64,000 bases of DNA from Petromyzon marinus (Eukaryota), in contig NC_133715.1 in the NCBI RefSeq assembly GCF_048934315.1, forward strand, positions 10,881,698 to 10,945,697, given 5' to 3'. Both the position numbers and the translations under genes were made by a program. Numbering within the stretch: position 1 is the stretch's first letter; every line of letters begins with the position of its first letter. Positions 1-12,028 of this stretch are shown here, in pieces. A model generated the notes under the pieces. The model saw nothing but the letters and a program-made list of their open reading frames with translations, ran no database searches and was not told the origin of the DNA.

Positions 1-930
1 ATGCATGCATTGCTGTAAAGGATCTTTGGGATGGTATTCATCTCCTGCTCGCGGCCCTTGAGCTAAATGGTGGAAATTCCCCATTCATTAGATGGGGCCA
101 CCATTGGTTGAGCATGGTCAAACAATTCCCAAACCAACATGGCATGGGGAGTAATTCATCGAGCAGTGGATTGACAAAGGACTGTGCATGATTGCTATAC
201 AATGTTCGAGCTACATGAACGTAGGATGCGGCTTTGGTGTAATGGTGAGCACACCGCTCGCTGGTCCAATTCAACCTCCAGGTGCGACAGCTGAAACAAG
301 AGGTGCGTAGTTACCTGCCTCTGTACACCGGGCGCTATTAATGGGCACCGCCACAGTCAGTCTCTCGGGCAGTCACGTGCGTGGCGAGGTGAAGTGTGGG
401 TACTCGCACCTCTTCTCAGACGTGTGACCAGCGTGGACAGCCCCTGACCAAAACGTGCGTGCCAGGGGCTCCTCCAGCCCTCTAAGCGGAGACCCTTCAG
501 CCAGCAGCAAGCAAAGCAATCGCAGGGCTGCGCCTTGCACTGCAACGCAGAACGGCGTTGTCTGCAACGCACCCCTGGACGTCTTCAAGAGCACGAGTGC
601 AAGACAACAGCCACGCAGGTCTTGGGGGGCGGCGCTGGTTTGCGGGGGCACCTGGGAAACGAGAAGTTTGTTTAGGGGGGGGTGGTGGCAGACTTCACGT
701 TGTGTCTGCGCCCTGGCTGGAGAGAATATTTGTTACCAAGACCTCAGAGACATTTTCTGTTTCATCGAAGGTATTCATTTTAAAGACGGTGGTTTTTGGA
801 GACCCTTCTAATGGGTCTAGTTAAGAAAACTCCCTTTTATAAGGCGCCAGTGACTAAGATAATAGCATTAAAAAAGAAACAGCTGATTTTCTGCATCGTC
901 ATTGCTTGCCATGGACGTGAAGACGCCCGG

Positions 931-1476
931 GTCTGTGTGGGACACGGCGTGTCTCTGTTGTGTCAGCGAATCTGTGTGGGACACGGCGTGTCTCTGTTGT
1001 GTCAGCGAATCTGTGTGGGACATGGCGTGTCTCAGTTGTGTCAGCGAGTCTGTGTGAGACACGGCGTGTCTCTGTTGTGTCAGCGGGTCTGTGTGGGACA
1101 CGGCGTGTCTCTGTTGTGTCAGCGAGTCTGTGTGTGACACGGCGCGTCTCTGTTGTGTCAGCGAGTCTGTGTGTGACACGGCGTGTCTCTGTTGTGTCAG
1201 CGGGTCTGTGTGTGACACGGCGTGTCTCTGTTGTGTCAGCAAGTCTGTGTGGGACACGGCGTGTCTCTGTTGTGTCAGCAAGTCTGTGTGGGACACGGCG
1301 TGTCTCTGTTGTGTCAGCGGGTCTGTGTGGGACACGGCGTGTCTCTGTTGTGTCAGCAAGTCTGTGTGGGACACCGCGTGTCTCTGTTGTGTCAGCGGGT
1401 CTGTGTGGGACACGGCGTGTCTCTGTTGTGTCAGCGGGTCTGTGTGGGACACGGCGTGTCTCTGTTGTGTCAGCGG
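931..1476. repeat. 39-bp minisatellite, about 14 copies (unit TCTGTGTGGGACACGGCGTGTCTCTGTTGTGTCAGCGRR)
   Basis: Direct tandem repetition is visible. The unit contains a near-palindrome, GACACGGCGTGTC. ORFs in both strands across it are repeat artefacts. Confidence 0.9.
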
Positions 1477-2805
1477 TCACTCCGTGCAGACCCCCCTCTG
1501 GTGACGATCACAGCCCAGGCTGTGACCGCGTGGAGCTTGGTGTGATGTCGCTTGGCACGGTGTCCGGTGTGATGTCGCTGGGCACGGTGTCCGGTGTGAT
1601 GTCGCTGGGCACGGTGTCCGGAGTCCCATGTCGGAAGCTCCTTCAGGAACTGCATGTCCATACTTGATAAGACGTGAATACGGATCCGAATCCACGGAGG
1701 GGTGGGGGGCGATGAGTTATAGTCGTCTTAAAGCTCTCCTGCGCAGTGCATTCCCCAGGCATCTAATTGCATTGTGCCAGCGACATTTGTAAAAATAAAC
1801 TCCTTCAAGAAAGTTTTTTTTTTAAACAACGGTTTTATTTTAAAGTTCACTAAAAAGTGAATCATTCGATTGGACAACGGAAGTGGAGACACGTGGCGCC
1901 TGCTCATTGGGCGAGGCGATTCCAGAGTTTAGAAACCGCGGCGTTTTGGCCTAAACAAATAGATATTTAATTAATAAGCCATCAATACAAAATGTTAATT
2001 TGTTTTAAAAGAGCCAATTAATTGATTAATTGATGCCGATTTTGACAGAGGCATGCATTGTCACCGGATCTGAGTGCGTGAACAAAATGTGGAATTGATT
2101 GGACAACAGGAAGTAGACTAAATGTTGATTACAAGATTTGACCACGACACACAGGAGTCGAGCTCAGAATAAAACCGCTGTCGAATGAAAAATGTCCTTT
2201 TAAAATAAATGAGTTTATTTAGTAGTACAACCTTTGTGAGTTTTGAAGGATGTGGCTGTTAGTCAAGAGCTACGATTTAGTAACTAATCTTACGCTTATT
2301 TAAAAACAAACTTGTAATCAGAAAACATAACACGGAATTCTCCTGAGGCCCCATGGTGTTAAGTGCCGTCTCCAAACCTGCGTAACTCTGTTGCTCTGGC
2401 CTCTGTTTAGTGTGCGCTATGGAGAAGGGCCATTTCCCGAAACGTCACAGATGATGTATATTTGTCTATTACGGCCAGTGTTGTTGAGGAGAGTGTACCT
2501 GTTGAGATGTCTCTTATCCATAATACAGTTTTTTGTGGGTTAGATCACGTAAATATATAAATGTGTCGTTAAACCCGCCACCACCCGACACAGCCAACTA
2601 GTAAAGGTTGTCACATCAACAGAACGTGGCCAATTCGTCACTAGTACAGCACACCGGTGTGTTGGAGAGCCAAGCCACAACATTTACAATCAGTATTATG
2701 GTTGATGATGGTCGCGAAAGCCTACGCGTTAGATTGTTTATTTATTGTCGTCCGTCGCTTGTGCACCAACGAAGCAGCAGCCAGCACTGTCATGTCCAGC
2801 TCTCC

Positions 2806-4494
2806 GATGCCACCTTGTTGTGATGGCAGTGCTGGAGGTGCCACCCTGTTGTGATGATGGTAGTGCTGGAGGTGCCACCCTGTTGTGATGATGGTAGTGC
2901 TGGAGGTGCCACCCTGTTGTGATGATGGTAGTGCTGGAGGTGCCACCCTGTTGTGATGGTAGTGCTGGAGGTGCCACCTTGTTGTGATGATGGTAGTGCT
3001 GGAGGTGCCACCCTGTTGTGATGATGGTAGTGCTGGAGGTGCCACCCTGTTGTGATGATGGTAGTGCTGGAGGTGCCACCCTGTTGTGATGACAGTGCTG
3101 GAGGTGCCACCCTGTTGTGATGGCAGTGTTGGAGGTGCCACCCTGTTGTGATGATGGTAGTGCTGGAGGTGCCACCCTGTTGTGATGGCAGTGCTGGAGG
3201 TGCCACCCTGTTGTGATGATGGCAGTGCTGGAAGTGCCACCCTGTTGTGATGATGGCAGTGCTGGAGGTGCCACCCTGTTGTGATGGTAGTGCTGGAGGT
3301 GCCACCTTGTTGTGATGGTAGTGCTGGAGGTGCCACCCTGTTGTGATGATGGCAGTGCTGGTGGTGCCACCTTGTTGTGATGGTAGTGCTGGAGGTGCCA
3401 CCTTGTTGTGATGGTAGTGCTGGAGGTGCCACCTTGTTGTGATAGTAGTGCTGGAGGTGCCACCCTGTTGTGATGGTAGTGCTGGAGGTGCCACCCTGTT
3501 GTGATGATGGTAGTGCTGGAGGTGCCACCTTGTTGTGATGACAGTGCTGGAGGTGCCACCCTGTTGTGATGATGATAGTGCTGGAGGTGCCACCCTGTTG
3601 TGATGGTAGTGCTGGAGGTGCCACCCTGTTGTGATGATGGTAGTGCTGGAGGTGCCACTCTGTTGTGATGGTAGTGCTGGAGGTGCCACCCTGTTGTGAT
3701 GATGGTAGTGCTGGAGGTGCCACCCTGTTGTGATGATGGTAGTGCTGGAGGTGCCACCCTGTTGTGATGATGACAGTGCTGGAAGTGCCACCTTGTGGTG
3801 ATGGTAGTGCTGGAAGTGCCATCCTGTTGTGATGACAGTGCTGGAGGTGCCACCCTGTTGTGATGATGACAGTGCTGGAGGTGCCACCCTGTTGTGATGA
3901 TGACAGTGCTGGAGGTGCCACCCTGTTGTGATGGTAGTGCTGGAGGTGCCACCCTGTTGTGATGATGACAGTGCTGGAGGTGCCACCTTGTTGTGATGGT
4001 AGTGCTGGAGGTGCCACCCTGTTGTGATGACAGTGCTGGAGGTGCCACCCTGTTGTGATGGCAGTGCTGGAGGTGCCACCCTGTTGTGATGATGGTAGTG
4101 CTGGTGGTGCCACCTTGTTGTGATGGTAGTGCTGGAGGTGCCACCCTGTTGTGATGATGGTAGTGCTGGTGGTGCCACCTTGTTGTGATGGTAGTGCTGG
4201 AGGTGCCACCCTGTTGTGATGGTAGTGCTGGAGGTGCCACCTTGTTGTGATGGTAGTGCTGGAGGTGCCACCCTGTTGTGATGGTAGTGCTGGAGGTGCC
4301 ACCTTGTTGTGATGGTAGTGTTGGAGGTGCCACCCTGTGATGATGGTAGTGCTGGAGGTGCCACCTTGTTGTGATGATGGTAGTGCTGGAGGTGCCACCC
4401 TGTTGTGATGGTGGTAGTGCTGGAGGTGCCACCCTGTTGTGATGGTAGTGCTGGAGGTGCCACCTTGTTGTGATGGTAGTGCTGGAGGTGCCAC
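2806..4494. repeat. 31-37-bp minisatellite, about 48 copies, 1.7 kb (unit GTGCTGGAGGTGCCACCYTGTTGTGATGATGGTA)
   Basis: Tandem units are visible, varying by GAT or GATGAT indels. The 577-590-aa minus-strand ORFs in all three frames are stop-free repeat artefacts. Confidence 0.9.
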
Positions 4495-5444
4495 TCACAA
4501 CGCTTCAAGGCAATGGGCGACAATCAGAGCGAGGTGGTGGGGCCAGGGACGGTAGGGGGCGAAGTTACGGCACACGACATTTGCCCGTAGTGGTTATTTG
4601 ACCGTAGTGGTAGGGTTCCAAAACAAATTCTAAGGTAAGGGACAACATTTTTTGGTTCAGGGGTAAAGTAGGAAACTACGGTCCGATATTTGTTCGAGTG
4701 CGTTATATGAGAAATGTATCGTTGCGCGTATCGTGCTGCCACCGCATGATGGTGCCTCCCTTGCCAGTAGCAAATTTAAGAATAGGTTTTACCCTTTCTG
4801 GCAATAAAACAGGCGTTAAGATGTTAAAACACCAAACAGAAACCTTTCGCAAGGAATCATGTCTGCATTAACCAGGAAGGGTAAAGCTATTCTCACTGCC
4901 ATCATTGGCCAAAGGAATTCGAGCCAACGTGGGTCTCATCATCGCTCATCTCGACCATCATCATCCCGTTTAGCCATGGACTTGTCCAGCACGTGTCCCC
5001 TATATATTTATCTTCGCACTCAAGCTGATGTTTATATATTTTAAAAAATCTTCACATATAGCTCACATTCTGGAGGTGGGCTGCGTTGCTGTTAAAGCCA
5101 ACATCTCAGCAAGGTAACAATAAACTAGTGAATAACGCTGTCTTTAAATACATAAAAGGTACTGTATATGAGGTGTTGTTTCGAGCAATGGACCTTCTTC
5201 ATAGCAACTAACATGACTGACTCGTCCACCAGATGGCACTCATGACGCACAAAGTGCTTGCAACGAATGAACCACACAAACCTCGCTGATCTCGTCAATG
5301 AAAAATAAACCATCACGCAAACGCCGGTCATCCTCGCAGCGGATTTTGGCTATCGAACAAAGATTTTATTAGGATGCCACTGGAACTATGCAATTTTAAA
5401 TCACCTCGATAGAAAACGAATTTCCTTACAACGTATTTTTGTGT

Positions 5445-5530
5445 TGAGTTTGCTGTCCTTACCCCACACCTCCGATTAGCGCGGTTGGCTACGTGCGGTG
5501 CGAAAGAAGTTCAACAATACAGAGCATTTC
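5445..5530 (+). repeat. One example of a conserved roughly 55-bp retroposon module (YCACCTCCGATTAGCGCGGTTGGCTACGTACGGYGCGAAAGAAGTTCAACATACA)
   Basis: Nine copies occur, all on the + strand: about 5468, 9718 (partial), 22843, 26100, 27452, 30727, 41188, 44607 and 60325. Several are preceded by ttagtttgctgtccttcccc and followed by (TACA)-like tails. Confidence 0.7.
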
Positions 5531-5625
5531 CGGTGTGCTTGATTCAGTTGCCGCTTAAAGAGGGTGCAATGGTCAATTCTGTGCACCACGCGATTTGTGT
5601 ACATGACTACATGTTCAGCTCTTGT

Positions 5626-6606
5626 GTCTATCCACTGCTGGATGGAGGCTTCCCCACACCCCCCATCCACTGCTGGATGGAGGCTTCCCCACACCGTCCA
5701 TCCACTGCTGGATGAAGGGTTCCCCACACCGCCCATCCACTGCTGGATGGAGGCTTCCCCACACCGCCCATCCACTGCTGGATGAAGGGTTCCCCACACC
5801 GTCCATCCACTGCTGGATGGAGGCTTCCCCACACCGTCCATCCACTGCTGGATGGAGGCTTCCCCACACCGTCCATCCACTGCTGGATGAAGGCTTCCCC
5901 ACACTCTCCATCCACTGCTGGATGGAGGCTTCCCCACACCGTCCATCCACTGCTGGATGGAGGCTTCCCCACACCGTCCATCCACTGCTGGATGAAGGCT
6001 TCCCCACACTCTCCATCCACTGCTGGATGGAGGCTTCCCCACACCCTCCATCCACTGCTGGATGGAGGCTTCCCCACACCGCCCATCCACTGCTGGATGA
6101 AGGGTTCCCCACACCGTCCATCCACTGCTGGATGGAGGCTTCCCCACACCGTCCATCCACTGCTGGATGAAGGCTTCCCCACACCCTCCATCCACTGCTG
6201 GATGGAGGCTTCCCCACACTCTCCATCCACTGCTGGATGGAGGCTTCCCCACACCGCCCATCCACTGCTGGATGAAGGCTTCCCCACACTCTCCATCCAC
6301 TGCTGGATGGAGGCTTCCCCACACCCTCCATCCACTGCTGGATGGAGGCTTCCCCACACTCTCCATCCACTGCTGGATGGAGGCTTCCCCACACCGCCCA
6401 TCCACTGCTGGATGGAGGCTTCCCCACACTCTCCATCCACTGCTGGATGAAGGCTTCCCCACACTCTCCATCCACTGCTGGATGAAGGGTTCCCCACACT
6501 CTCCATCCACTGCTGGATGGAGGCTTCCCCACACTCTCCATCCACTGCTGGATGGAGGCTTCCCTACACCCTCCATCCACTGCTGGATGGAGGCTTCCCT
6601 ACACCG
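5626..6606. repeat. 40-bp minisatellite, about 24.5 copies (unit CCATCCACTGCTGGATGRAGGCTTCCCCACACYSTCCAT)
   Basis: The period is exactly 40 bp. The unit is the minus-sense SINE-B box GGGGAGGCCTCATCCAGCAGTGGAT. Confidence 0.9.
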
Positions 6607-9600
6607 GCAGTGCTGTTGGCCCATTGGAGGCCCTAATAAGACCTCGTTTTTCGGACATCCCTTTCACTGTCGACATTCCGAGCGAGATTATGGGAGAGAT
6701 GTAGTCACCAAGGGAGTCGAACCGATTGGATTTCGGGTGTGGTTTTAATTTAGAACTGATTAAATCGATTACGGTTGGAATTATTCAATATGGCGTTGGA
6801 AGATTCGGTTCCCCGCTTACTGAAAACCGGTTTAAACCGGTTCATATTTGCGTATCGACTCGAAAAATTGCACGTTGATATTGAGAAAATATTCTATACT
6901 TCCTGCAAAGCAGAGAGAGGGACGTGTTTGAATCGCTTCAAACACGTTTCTCTCTCTGTGTTGCAAGACACGGCGAGATGAAGCTACAGAGACAAACGGA
7001 GGCACAGAGAGACAAGTGATGTTTGTGGGCACCTCGTGGATGCCTCTTGGTGGTGGTGGTAGTGGCTGTGATTGGTTGTGGTGGTTAGAGCCGGGTGGCT
7101 ATAATCCAGCACTAACTCTCGTGGCACGATTTTTAAAACTATACATCTCAAATGTTTTTTTTATTTTACCAGGTAAGGCACACTGAGCTATATAGTTATT
7201 GTTCTCAAGGGACCTTGCCACAAATGATAGCTCAACAAAATGGCTTCTCATGCGCAAATGTTTCGCAGCCAAATACTGTAAACGCGTGTTGATTATAAAT
7301 GTGGAGGGAAAAACCCGAGGACTTGGAGAAAAATGCACGCGACCACAGGGAGAGACACACACAAACTCCATATATACAGGCGTCAGGGTCGGGATTGGGA
7401 TTGGGATTGAACTCACGTCCTCCTGCATACCAGGCAAGGGAGTTAACATCTCCTCGCCACCGTGTTGAAACAAGGGTGCACAATTCTTGATTTCATCCAC
7501 CTCTCTTGTCCACTTAGTCGGACAAACGGGTGCACCGCACCTCGTCAATCAGCAGGCTGTGTGCGGTGGGGTATAATTAGGATAATCCCACCTCTTCCAA
7601 GACATCTGGCCAGTGTGGAAGAGTAGGCCAAATACCATCTGGATGGGCCTATCCTAGAGCTCCCTCTAGTGGTGAAGGCCCTTCCGCCAGCAGTGGCGTT
7701 AGCGAGCAAGTGCAGGGCTGCACTTTCACCTGCCGCTAACCTCCTTTGTAAGATTGTCGCTTCTTGGATCGCGACGACCTGGATTTCACTCTAACTGCGG
7801 CGTTTTCCCACCTCCTGGATCTGGGAGTTTGTAATCCACTTGAGCCGTTCATTTTCTGTCAAAGAAATTAAGCAACGTTTTGTTGTAACTATTCCCTGTT
7901 GGCCAGTATGTGCATGAGAACATTGGACTGGATAAGACTTATTCCTTCCGAGAGGATTTCAGTCATAATTAAGTCTTACTTAGTTAACCGCCGTCATGTC
8001 ATGGAATCGTATCATTCACATAGGGCCAACAAAATTGGCATCCAATTTCCAAGCTACACTGACGCATTTATTTTATTTGCCATAAAGCCCGCCGTGTCCT
8101 TGCGGTTTCTCTTGAGCGGTCGTGACAAAGGTCTGTGTAAGCACGTCGCCCTACTTATGATGTGAAGCACATTTATTTATTCATTTCAGCAGGATAACTT
8201 CTCACTGTGTGATGCAGCGGTGGGCATTCTGGTGAGCGCACTCTGCTACAATAGCTAGCTATGCGAGTTAGAATTCCAGGCCATGGCTAAGGTCAGTGGG
8301 TGGAGTGACATCTGAACCTGTCCTGGACACGCACTGACCAGAGTGGTGATAGCGATGGTCAAACCACCTCCCATGACCGACACGGCGTAAGAAAGGCATT
8401 CATAGCAGTGGATTAACAATGTAAAATTTAGTATTTTTTATTGTGACTTAAATTAATTATGTTAACAGAATACTGGGAAAATAGAAATGTATGTAAAGTG
8501 GTAATTATACAAAATGTAAATGTTGGGGATTCACTCGTCAACGCACCGGTGGGCTAAAGTAGTGAACTTTAAAACTGATTGGCTTACACCAGAGACAGCT
8601 TCCTTTATAGCATCGAGCACGAAACGACAAAAGGCAAACAGTACAAGGGCAATGCAATCGCCAAAGCACGAATAGCTCGGGTTATGCAGTTCCATCTACG
8701 GGACAATTTTTTGACGGGACTGTATTAAGATAGTAAAAATAAGTAAATACTTTCCCCTTTCTGGCAATAATATTGGTACAGCCTTTTCTTTGTATCATCT
8801 TAATACTGGCAAAAAGGGTTCCATAGATGTATGTAAAATGTTCACCGGCGTTCATGTATGTATGATATCTTAATATAATGACAGTTATGTTGAATGATTT
8901 AAATTGTATTGAAGTTGCAGTGGAAAAAAATAACGGTACAGGTTAATATAGTGGGGTTTACATCCGTCTGTAAGCGATATACTGCATAGTGGTTTTAATA
9001 AATTATAAATTATAATCATTGCTGAATTCAACAAAGTGTACATACCAGTACACATATTAGATCGGATTAAAGTTATAGCCCAAAATTATGAAATATAGGT
9101 TCATATGTATATTTTTTTATAAATCAAATCAACACTTTGTGTCGCTGTTTTGACACTTTCATCGTGCATACAACTATACAATCGTTTCTTTTCGGAATGT
9201 ATTAACAGCAAAGTGGATCATGGCCTTATTTTTTATATGAATGGCAACAAAGACGCTGGAGTTTATTCAGATTTCACGAGTAAGGCTGCTTATGAGCATT
9301 CTGGGTGAGAATTACTGGCTTGGAGCCATCTTTATTGAGCGTTCCCATCAAGAAAATGAGCCGCCACATTCACGCCTGCCTGGTCAATTCCAGCCAATCA
9401 AAGCCGTTAGTGGCACTGCCTGCAGCAACGTTCGCAACCAGACGGCTTCACGTGGAAAGTCGTGCCACCAGCTTTGAGTTGGCAGGAGGCTGGGTGACGA
9501 CGGGGCCCAGGGAAGCGTCAACAGTGGGCCACGCTCCAATCCCATTGACCCTGGAGCGTGGCCAGGGTCGCATTGACCCTGGAGCAAACTCGTCCTTGTT

Positions 9601-10536
9601 GACCATGCATGTACTGTACGTTGAACTTTTTTCGCGTCGTACATAGCCAACTGTGCTAATCGGAGGTGCGGGGGAAGGACAACAAACTAAACACAAAAAG
9701 CAGTTCCGATGACCATGGTTGGCTACGTACTGTGCGAAAGAAGTTCAAGATACATACATGCAACCCCCTTGCGCACAACCTAACTCCCACTAAGGAAAGA
9801 TTTTACAGAGCTCTGCCCTGGACAGCTCCGGCTGAAATCAATCCCTCGCCGTACCTATTGGCGATGCGCGTTGGAAGCAGCAGTTCATGTCCCCTGTATC
9901 ACCCCTCCACCCCATCCCTTCCCCCAGAATTCACAATTGGGCTTCGAGAATTTACGCAAAACTTTCCGTCCACTCGTGTTTGTTGTTGTGTTTGTTGTTT
10001 GGCGGAGGGCAGACGGGACGTAATTGCCCCCTGCTTTTGCGCGGATCTCAGCACTGCGTGTTTCGGGAAAGGGCCGGAGGGCACTTGCAGAGGGCACAGA
10101 GGCCAGGCCGACCACACACAGCGGAGCGCACTCACCAACCTCCACCCTCCTCTCCCGCGAACCCGGCGAACCCCTCTCGTGCACTGCCACCGTCTCCTCG
10201 TATTGGCGGGGAGTCAGCGCTGCAAAGGCTGCCCCAACCACCACGACCCGAGACCTGGCCGCGATTGAAGGCCCCCTGGCGCGTTTGCTCCTGCACTGAA
10301 GGGACACGCGCCCAGCGCAACACCCGGAGCAGTGTGCGATCGTTGTTGCTCACATCTGTGAAAAAGAGCTTCATAGTTCATCGTATTCCTCCAGTATGAA
10401 ATAAATATTCTGATTCTGAAGAGAAACAATGTGTCAGGTGCGAGAAACCACAGAGAAGTGGGACGGCAACATCCATACAGTGAGCTGCCACTACCAACAC
10501 TTTCCCAAGCTCTGCGGTCCTCTTTATCGTCACTTA

Positions 10537-10812
10537 AAGCTTTCGTGACTGCAGGAATTCATATTCTTTGGGTCTTTCGGTAAATCCACATAGATAGAAA
10601 GATTATTAAAAAAAAATAACAATATCACGACGTTTCGATCGCAACACAAGCAATCGTCTTCACCTGAAGATGATTGCTTGTGTTGCGATCGAAACGTTGA
10701 AATCGAAACACAAGCAATCGTAATCAGGTGAAGACGATTTCTCGTGTTGCGATCGAAACGTCGTGATATTGTGATTTTTTATTACTTTTTTCTATCTACG
10801 TGGCTTTACCGA
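10537..10812. mobile_element. Palindromic MITE-like element (TIR CTTTCGGTAAAGYCACGTAGATAGAAA with an internal inverted repeat cgacgtttcgatcgcaacacaagcaatcg)
   Basis: The element starts ctttcggtaaatccacatagatagaaag and ends ...ttttctatctacgtggctttaccgaa, the matching reverse complement. An internal 40-bp inverted repeat lies between the ends. It sits about 200 bp upstream of the beta-connexin exon. Confidence 0.6.
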
Positions 10813-11008
10813 ATGCACGTGTCGTGAACGCGTACAAATCTACACGAATCGATGACTCGACGTATCCCCGCGCGCGATAGATAAAAAAAAAACTCGTTTA
10901 TCTCCATTTCTGTCTTTGAACAGGGAACGGGAGAGTGGAACCGAGTAAATTCATCAACCCAAGCCCCTTCGCTCAGCACCTGGCGACAAGACGAGGCCGG
11001 CTGGCGCC

Positions 11009-12028
11009 ATGAACTGGGCCGGCCTCTACGAGGTGCTGAGCGGCGCCAACCGCTACTCCACGTCCATCGGCCGCGTGTGGCTCTCCGTGCTCTTCATCTT
11101 CCGCATCATGGTGCTGGTGGTGGCGGCCGAGAGCGTGTGGGGCGACGAGCAGTCCGACTTTGTGTGCAACACGCTGCAGCCGGGCTGCCAGAACGTGTGC
11201 TACGACCACCACTTCCCCATCTCGCACGTGCGCCTCTGGGCCCTGCAGCTGATCTTCGTGTCGACGCCGGCGCTGCTCGTGGCCATGCACGTCGCTCACC
11301 GCCACCGCAGGGCCAAGCGGAAGGCGCGGCGGTGCGGGCGTGCCTATGACGACGTCGCCGTGCGGAAGCCGCCGATCGACGGCCTGCTGCTGTGCACGTA
11401 CGTGGTGAGCGTGCTCTTCCGCGTCGCCTTCGAGTGCTCCTTCCTCTACGCGTTCTACTTCATCTACAGCGGCGTCAAGATGCCGCGGCTCATCAAGTGC
11501 GACGCGTCGCCGTGCCCCAACGTCGTGGACTGCTTCGTGTCGCGCCCCACCGAGAAGACCATCTTCACCATCTTCATGCTGGCCGTGTCGGCCGTCTGCC
11601 TCTTGCTCAACCTGGCCGAGCTGGTCTACCTGCTGGTGCGCTACTGCAGCCGCGTTTGCCGGCGCCGCGGCTCAGAGCGCCCCTCCGGCGGAGGGGGCGG
11701 CTGGCGCGGCCGGCGGAAGAGGCGGGGGGGGGGCTCGTCGGCGAGCGAGGGGGGCGGCGGGGCGCCCCCCGGCCAGCGGAAGGGCGACGGCGAGAGGGGA
11801 CGCAGTCGGTCGAGGACGCCGGAGGGGCGGCGAAGGCCGGAGAGGTTCGCCGGAGGAGAAGCGCCCGGCAGGTCCGCTGGCGGCGGCGGCGCCGGCGCCG
11901 CGCTGCTGAGCGAGGTGGAGCAGAACAAGAGGAACTCGCACCTGGAGACCATCACCCTGGCCAACGGGGCGGTGGCGCACGCCAAGAAGGGTGCCCACCA
12001 GGACGCGGTGGAGATCGGAGAGGCGTGA
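11009..12028 (+). CDS. Beta-group connexin (gap-junction protein, Cx26/Cx32-like), single coding exon, 339 aa
   Basis: The ORF opens [97 protein letters not shown]. This is nearly residue-for-residue the GJB1/GJB2 N-terminus, TM1, E1 (three Cys), and TM2. It continues with ...[32 protein letters not shown], which is E2 and TM4. No stop interrupts it. G/C at codon third positions exceeds 90%. Confidence 0.85.
   Translation: MNWAGLYEVLSGANRYSTSIGRVWLSVLFIFRIMVLVVAAESVWGDEQSDFVCNTLQPGCQNVCYDHHFPISHVRLWALQLIFVSTPALLVAMHVAHRHRRAKRKARRCGRAYDDVAVRKPPIDGLLLCTYVVSVLFRVAFECSFLYAFYFIYSGVKMPRLIKCDASPCPNVVDCFVSRPTEKTIFTIFMLAVSAVCLLLNLAELVYLLVRYCSRVCRRRGSERPSGGGGGWRGRRKRRGGGSSASEGGGGAPPGQRKGDGERGRSRSRTPEGRRRPERFAGGEAPGRSAGGGGAGAALLSEVEQNKRNSHLETITLANGAVAHAKKGAHQDAVEIGEA

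Noticed and set aside
38-274. Minus-strand ORF starting MNWTSERCAHHY..., superficially like a connexin N-terminus (MNW...)
   Set aside because: The match is three residues only. The ORF contains the SINE-B box read as FVNPLLDELLP and has no connexin transmembrane or Cys-loop motifs.
2722-4523. Three overlapping minus-strand ORFs of 577-590 aa (GWHLQHYHHNRVAPPALPSQQGGTSSTTITT repeats)
   Set aside because: They lie entirely within the 34-bp minisatellite. They are open in all three frames only because the unit lacks stop codons. They show no start context and no similarity to any known domain.
5476-6748. ORFs of 182-382 aa across 5476-6748 (IQQWMEGVGKPPSSSGW repeats and the reverse frames)
   Set aside because: They are translations of the 40-bp SINE-derived minisatellite.
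9880-10420. GC- and CpG-rich stretch upstream of the beta-connexin, considered as a CpG-island promoter
   Set aside because: Its 3' part (10270-10400) is a copy of the SINE-B-like repeat also seen at 20270-20345, and the rest resembles low-complexity repeat DNA. I could not support it as a unique promoter from sequence alone.
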